From: Gekko japonicus
Taxonomy: Eukaryota
Length of the DNA: 64,000 nucleotides
Assembly: GCF_001447785.1 (NCBI RefSeq)
Contig: NW_015164247.1
Span: 30,600 to 94,599, forward strand
Direction of reading: 5' to 3'
The position numbers and the translations under genes were made by a program. The notes below the pieces were generated by a model, which was not told the origin of the DNA, searched no databases, and worked only from the letters and a program-made list of their open reading frames with translations. Below are positions 57,389 through 64,000 of the stretch, piece by piece; the stretch's first letter is position 1, and every line of letters begins with the position of its first letter.

Positions 57389-60300
57389 GTTCAGAGATCC
57401 CCCTAGTGGACCGCTATCCAGACATAAGTGCACCTGTCTGTTCTTCATTAAGTTTGGTAAATATGAGCAAGTGCATGGGCAGCTGACACACTCATTCACA
57501 TATGCGTACGTTATTATTATTCTCTGGCCACACAACCCAAGGATTTCGCCCAAGTATTCTTGATCAGCTGTTCAAAGCAGGAAGAGCATGGACTAAATCC
57601 ACTCTCTTGTTCCCCATTCTGAACAACTGATGGCTGGTATTCCAAGAACTTAAGTAGAACACACAGTTCTGATTTCTAGACAAATAATTCCCATCCTGGC
57701 TTCTGAGAAGATCAGACGGATATGTCATCAGTCAATAATTCAGCATGTAAATTGCTCCTATTGAAAAGTGTAATGTTTGACAGAGAGGTTTTTTGTGTCC
57801 AGTATTTGATCCATGATAATTATTCCACATGTGCATTATTTGTCATAAGGTAATGGCTACGGATGTGCGAACTTGCCTAATACGTTATAAAGACAGGATG
57901 GAAATGGGCTGGAGCAGTGCTATGAGGATTAAATTAGACCCCTAGTCTTCCTGTGTTCTACAAGGTATCTATCCAAATTATTGCAGTTTAAACTGAGTTA
58001 TTCAAGAATAGTTAGAATTATTACTTTTTGTCACAGTTCAGTTCTGTGATAAATACTGTCATCAATTACTTTTGCAGTAACTCTGTATAGACTGTTTACT
58101 GTGAATGTTACAGCATGTTTCAGATACATAATAGTGGGCTGGATCCACACTTCCTGGATGCAGCAGGTATTTTGGGTTCATAGGGCTGTTTTATAGCTAG
58201 CACCAGCATAGCACATGATAAAAGGGAAATGAAATCTTTAAAAAGTTTTTTTGCAAGAGCTTGCGTTAAGTGTTTGCAGAACAGTGTTAGTGGCTTAATT
58301 CCTTCTGCTAGGTATTTTAGATCCAATCTAATGTTTGCTAAAGAGATATAAAAATAATGTNNNNNNNNNNNNNNNNNNNNNNNNNNNNNNNNNNNNNNNN
58401 NNNNNNNNNNNNNNNNNNNNNNNNNNNNNNNNNNNNNNNNNNNNNNNNNNNNNNNNNNNNNNNNNNNNNNNNNNNNNNNNNNNNNNNNNNNNNNNNNNNN
58501 NNNNNNNNNNNNNNNNAAGATTAGAGTATTTTTTTACATTATAAAATTAATTGGTTTACAAAATAGGCTTGCCAAACTTTCTTTCTGAATTGTAAAGTCA
58601 ATTACTGGGGTGGTCTTAAATTTTAAATAAGTACCAAGAAAATACAAATTTAATATGCTAATTTCATGCTTGGAATAAAGTCAGCACAGAAACAATGGAA
58701 TATACTGCACAATCTAAACCAAGTTACAGGAAAAACCAGAACCCACAAACTTCACTATCATCACAGAGAGCACTCATACATATCTTAGCTTTGCAAGACA
58801 CCTTAGTGCAATACACAAAATCTGTGTAAGGACCATCCTATTTGGAAACTATAACTTAAAGAAGCTGAATGTGCGTCTCAAATTAATGTAAATATAAGAC
58901 CAATTCATGTGGACAGAAACTTGAAGACCTATTTTAGGTTAGGAGGATTTAATACCAGATTACTGTTTAAAATTTTTCCAGTGTTGGGGAGGGGTTCAAC
59001 ATCAATACTTTCAGGACAGGGCAGTTAGAAGCGAAGCTATAAATGTCAATGGATCTACAGAATACAGTAACAGAGCAGCAGACTATTCCTTCTAAAGAAA
59101 CTTTCAGAAGAAACAGGTATTTCTTTGAATTTTGGAGTAAATAATTCATATGTAATTATTTAGTATTATGAGTTACAGGGAGTGCAAGATTTCAACAATA
59201 ATCTTTAAATGAAAAAGAGTTAAAACACTTTTTTCTTGTAACTCACAGTAATCAATATACATACAACCTTACTTGCTGTCGTAATACTTTACTATACACA
59301 CTCAGTAATGAGAAACCTTTACATCAGACATCAGCAGATCTCTCATATCAATTCAAACGTAAAATGGAGCATTTCATTTATTTTGCTTGTATTATTCTAG
59401 GTTTTAATTATATGCAAGCAAAACAGTAATTTAAACAATTTCCTCTAGTTAAAATTACAGACTGTATCACTGTAACTTACAATGAGATTTTGATGCTTTT
59501 AAGCCAATTTAACAAGAATTTTCTTCACAGTAGGACACCACTAGGGAAGGTCTTTTCTCTCTCTTCCTTTTACATTAAACAGCAACCACACACCAAACAA
59601 ATATTGTGCAATTGAAAGAATACACAGTAGTGTTTGTTATTTATATAAAAACTTTGAACACTTAGGGTATGGTGCTCCTCTGTGCAGGCACATGGAGGGA
59701 CCCTTCAAAAGAGCCCTGTTTTGACCCACCCCACAGGCAGCATACCAGCAGTAGTGGGAATGGGCATTGTGTGTTTGACTCCTCCATTCACCCTTCACAC
59801 GCTGCTCAAACAAGTTATGCAAGTTAGAAGTTCCACTGACAGTGCACTCCTGAACAGATTTACACCCTTCTATAACCCCTTCTATATGTGTAACTCTGCT
59901 TAGGAGTGCACTGTGACTGGAGTGGGAAGGCTGGATGGAGTTATGGGAGGCATGCAAAGACTTCCCATTACTTGGACTGCTGCTCCAGCACACATGCCAA
60001 GAGATGGAGGAGGGGGGAAACAGAGTTCTGTGAGTCCTACAGGGTGTCCTTCCTTGCTGTGCCGACACGGTGCAGAATCATACCCTATGCAATTATTTAT
60101 TGTAAAGGCAAGGCCATGAGTGGTTTTTTTTATTTTTTTTTAAATGGAGGTCTTTGCAATTCATAGCACAGTAACTCCAAAAGAGATAACTGAACTTAAT
60201 TAATCATTTAACTGTGGCAACTATCTGTTTGGATTAGGCAAAGGCACGGTATACATGTTGCATGTAACAAGTATTATTACACCTTTATTGTGGGACTGCC

Positions 60301-61303
60301 TCTAAACTTAAAGGAAATTTCATTTTTTTTATAAAATGTTACCATTAAACACAACTGCACCAACAGTGCATAGAATGCATTGTTAATTATGGAAAACAAG
60401 GAACTATGATTGCACTTCCATTAAAGTGTCTTTCAATACAGTATAGCTGCTGCTAATCAACTGTACTTCAATGTTTAAAATAACTGTTCTTAACAGCAGA
60501 ATTAGGCTTAATTAACTTAAGGTACAGGTTTTATGAATGCAGTCACTATGGCAATAAATGCCAGCTAAATTTCTGAAGGGGAATGCTTTCCAGTGGTTTT
60601 TCCATCGCTAAGAATTATGGGTCAGCTTTTAAGACAGGAAAAACTGCATACTTTGTGTTGAAATTGATTTGCTATTCACAGTTTGGCACTTCTATACTGT
60701 AAATAGACATGAAAAAATCTTTGATTTGAATTAGAAAAAAAAAATCCCACTTCTTGGTTTGAAAGCAGCATTAAAGAGAAGTATCATATACTTCAATTCA
60801 CACCGCTAGTTAAAGATTAGTTGGGCAAAAGGCTATGTAAAAAGCAAGGTATAAAGAAAAACGTACTGCTAAGCACAGTTTTGTTAAAAGACAGTTAGAA
60901 TAAAGGAGAGGGGAAGGAGAAAATGGTTTCTTAGGATCAGTAACCCAAATGAATCTTAGTAAGCCTTTAATCCATACTTTCAAGTTAAGGATCACCCGCC
61001 TAAGGCTAAATAGATGCTGCATTGTATTAGGAATGTAGAGTACAAACTATTTATTCCTCTCTCGTCAAAGCAAACAAGATGCTGTTAAATGCAATGGAAA
61101 TTCCCTGAAAGATTTGTATAATCTTTATAAGGAACTTTAAGGGAACTCCTACGTCTTCCACCTCTACATTACCAGTAAACAACTGAGCTCTCCTTACGTG
61201 GGCCAGTCTCCAGAATGCTTACGCCACATTGTGTACCTCTGGCAACTGCCTAGCCTGTCTGGCTCTGTAATCAATTTCTATGTTCAAACTTTTTTTTTTG
61301 TGG

Positions 61304-62056
61304 TCACACCAAATGTACATGCTCAGTCCACTCAGTTGAGGTTTGGGATGTCTGACTTGAAGCATCTCCTGAAGCGTCAACCTGGCTAGCAGACTTCCCA
61401 GCAGAGTCACCACTTTGCAGTGCCGCTTCATCGGGGAGAACAGCTCCAGCTGCAGCACTCTCTTCCGTCTGGGTGCATCTGCCTTCGTTTTTCAGTGCAT
61501 CCTCAAAAAGTGCATGCTCTTCCAGAGGGTCCTGTCGCACACTGGGAATATGTGGCTGCTCTACCAAGCCTTCTTCAGTACTGGGCTGCTGTGGATCATC
61601 ATCGGTTTCTGTACTTGCTGAAGGAATGAGCGCAATACTCTGAGGATTCATGTCATGGAACCAGGCCATAATGTTTCCGAGGAGGTTTTCATTTATATTG
61701 GGGTCTTGGGTACTCGAATCGGCTTCACTAGAGGTTGAATATAATCCACTTCTTGCATCACTGAAAGTATGAGAACTAAGGTGGTCGGCTGAAAAGGGAT
61801 CACTGTCTGTGCTTAGTTTCATCAGACTATCACCAAGTTCTAATAGCTCTGAGCTACTTAAAGCAGCCCTTGGGTTGTCTATATTTATGGGACCAGAGTC
61901 TAACCTTGTAGGCAAAGAAGTACCTATTGCTCCTAGAGAAGCTTCATTAGTCAGAAAGTCTCTAGTTTCCTCATCAATAACCAAGCCAGATTCTTGCAAT
62001 GATAACTGAATAGCAAGGAGGATATTGGGGTCGTCTTCATCCAAGGAACTCAGAGC
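61304..62056 (-). CDS. ANKIB1: Ankyrin repeat and IBR domain-containing protein 1, terminal coding exon (UIM-containing C-terminus)
   Basis: atag|[23 protein letters not shown] (UIM)...[21 protein letters not shown]...EHVHLV stop; matches the ANKIB1 C-terminus as I recall it. Confidence 0.95.
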   Translation of the reverse strand, partial: ALSSLDEDDPNILLAIQLSLQESGLVIDEETRDFLTNEASLGAIGTSLPTRLDSGPINIDNPRAALSSSELLELGDSLMKLSTDSDPFSADHLSSHTFSDARSGLYSTSSEADSSTQDPNINENLLGNIMAWFHDMNPQSIALIPSASTETDDDPQQPSTEEGLVEQPHIPSVRQDPLEEHALFEDALKNEGRCTQTEESAAAGAVLPDEAALQSGDSAGKSASQVDASGDASSQTSQTSTEWTEHVHLV

Positions 62057-62405
62057 CTATGAAAGGTTAAAAAAAAAACAACCTTCAGAACTAAAAATGC
62101 TCATGTATATATTACAATTTTATCCGTATTATTTCCAAGTTCCTTTTAAATCTAAGTTCACAGTACATTTATTCATTCATGAGAATACATATTTACAATG
62201 TTTAATTTTGCCTAATACTCTGCTTGTGAGATCCAAAGCATGCTAATTTGTAAAGATGTCCCCCTCAAATAAATGAAATTCTACATGTGTTTACAACGGA
62301 GGTGTTGACAATCATCTGCCAACAACCAGCTTAAAGTGAAAGATACAGAAGGCAGAAAGATGCAAGGTAAAGAAACAGCACAGGACAGGGCAAAGGGGAA
62401 TATAC

Positions 62406-62539
62406 CTGCAGAGAATCTTGGTTTTCAGAGCGACTGACAGGAGTATAGTCATGAAGAGATGAGCTGTGAAGGATGCTCATGGAAGCAGAACTCACCATGG
62501 AATTACCATGTCTTCTGTTACTGCCAGCGTCTTGGGTAT
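62406..62539 (-). CDS. ANKIB1: ANKIB1 penultimate coding exon
   Basis: gcag|TQDAGSNRRHGNSMVSSASMSILHSSSLHDYTPVSRSENQDSLQ|gtata; phase 0 into the last exon. Confidence 0.9.
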
Positions 62540-63326
62540 CTGCTCAAGGGAGGGAAAAGGATTTGTTGTCACACTTTCCAAATCCACAGTTTTACTGGCA
62601 TGCGTCCAGCACTCTGGCTCAGCAATGTTTGAAGCCTTCCCCTCCTTCGACGTGTAAGTGGCTCTTTGGCTGGAAGAATGGCCATTTAAGATGGAGGAAG
62701 GATCCTCTGGCCCAAAGGAAGGCTTCAGGCTGCTGACCAAAATGCCAGGATACAAGCCAATACTTCCTGCACCTGAGCCCAACTCTGCATGCTCATCAAC
62801 TGAAGCATTTCAGCCCTTACAAAATACCAGGGCGAGAGGTGGGGGTGAAAATAGCGAATGTACTTCTTCTGACAGCTGATTCTCAGAATGGGGTTTTTAA
62901 AAAATGCTTAATGTGGGATGTTCGTTGTGACTACTCTGACTGCAAATATGTATTTGTCTATAATGTATGAAACCTGAGGATTAATTTCATGGCAGTATAT
63001 CGTTCTTGGGGACTGTCACACTTACTTACAACTGTTGAGGGGAACACATTTTTGGTAGTTGCATAAGAAATACAAGGCTTATGTGTTCTAAGATGCTACC
63101 CATTACCAGTATAAAATACAAAACATGGCTCTTCAAATTCCCTCATTAAGGTGGTGTGAACTGGGCCTTTGAAACAGGGAAGCACTGCAGGAAGCAGGCT
63201 ATGTTCTGAAAAAAGAATTTTTAAGCTAGTTGGCAGTGACAGACTTTGTCTTCATAATTATTTTGAGGGGTTTTTGGTTTTTTTGCTTATGTTACCTTAT
63301 TCTGCTTTGTTATTTTAAATAGTGAT

Positions 63327-63407
63327 ATGGAGTCAGGTGTATACATGAGTCTGGCAACAAGCTATGTCACTACTTGTTGCCAGACTCATGTACACACCTG
63401 GCTCCAT
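63327..63407. repeat. 35-bp inverted repeat with 11-nt loop
   Basis: Arms 63327-63361 and 63373-63407 are 33/35 complementary. Confidence 0.92.
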
Positions 63408-63839
63408 CCCTACGCCCTTCTTCCACAAATAATGGCAGTTAGAAGCTAACATTGGTTACCTATGACGCGGGTATGCTGGATAAACTAAACAGAGTTAATT
63501 TGTCCCCTACAAACTCAGATTCTAAACTCAATCTGCATGGCTATTACTTCACAGAAATTCCATGACCCCAGCCACTGTCACCACCTTTTGCTTTCAACAC
63601 TGTTTGGGTAAACTCCGTTATTCTTCTGGGCTCCACAGTCAACCTCAGACAGACTAAAATTATTCCAGAAATATTTTATTTCCCTCTCCAGTGCAATGCT
63701 AAGCAGAGTTATTATACCCTTCTATACCCACTGACTTCAGTGGACCTAGGAGGATGTAACTGCACTGCAAATCACTTCCTATTAGGTTACATTTGGCCAT
63801 TTGCAACTTCATAGAGTTTCCCCCTTGGTAATCAAATAT

Positions 63840-64000
63840 TAAAGTTGTTTTCGGTTGCCCCAGAAGATCAGACCAGAACCAATGGGTTGAAATTAAATCA
63901 AAATAATTTTTGGCTAAACATTAGGAAGAACTTCCTGACAGTTGGAGCGGTTCCACAGTGGAACAGGCTTCCTTGGGAGGCTCTCCTTCTTTGGAGGTTT
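63840..64000 (+). mobile_element. CR1 LINE 3' ORF2 fragment, cut by the window edge
   Basis: RTRTNGLKL...IRKNFLTV..QWNRLPWE motif. Confidence 0.8.

Noticed and set aside
62492-62879. Coding-looking ORF upstream of the ANKIB1 penultimate exon
   Set aside because: It is in a different frame from ANKIB1, is bounded by a stop, and I found no acceptor that joins it in phase.
1-64000. Prokaryotic-type systems (CRISPR arrays, operons, defence islands)
   Set aside because: The sequence is spliced vertebrate DNA with no regularly spaced repeat-spacer array; ORFs spanning N runs are gap artefacts.

Overview
Intron-rich vertebrate DNA, almost certainly from a squamate reptile (Sauria SINE, BovB/RTE, Penelope, L2, CR1, hAT MITEs), with four N gaps near the start, middle and end. 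I reconstructed four spliced genes by hand. (1) An intact 14-exon, 486-aa PLP-dependent ACC-synthase-like (ACCS family) gene, + strand, 1959-23901; its first coding exon and promoter appear twice in tandem. (2) A complete 5-exon GATAD1, - strand, 33418-28058, 257 aa. (3) An intact 9-exon Lifeguard/TMBIM gene, + strand, 43676-56377, 322 aa, at the position of TMBIM7 (a pseudogene in human). (4) The last two coding exons of ANKIB1, - strand. The order ANKIB1-TMBIM7-GATAD1 matches human 7q21, but an ACCS-like enzyme gene lies just past GATAD1, where human has ERVW-1 and PEX1. This possible third vertebrate ACCS paralog of unknown chemistry is the most interesting biology here. Other notable structure: a twin-primed (5'-inverted) L1 that splits the GATAD1 CpG-island promoter, a fold-back Harbinger derivative, a CpG-rich TIR element, a 35-bp intronic hairpin and a 41-bp duplication flanking an LTR-like fragment. 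All calls come from reading the sequence; no searches were run.
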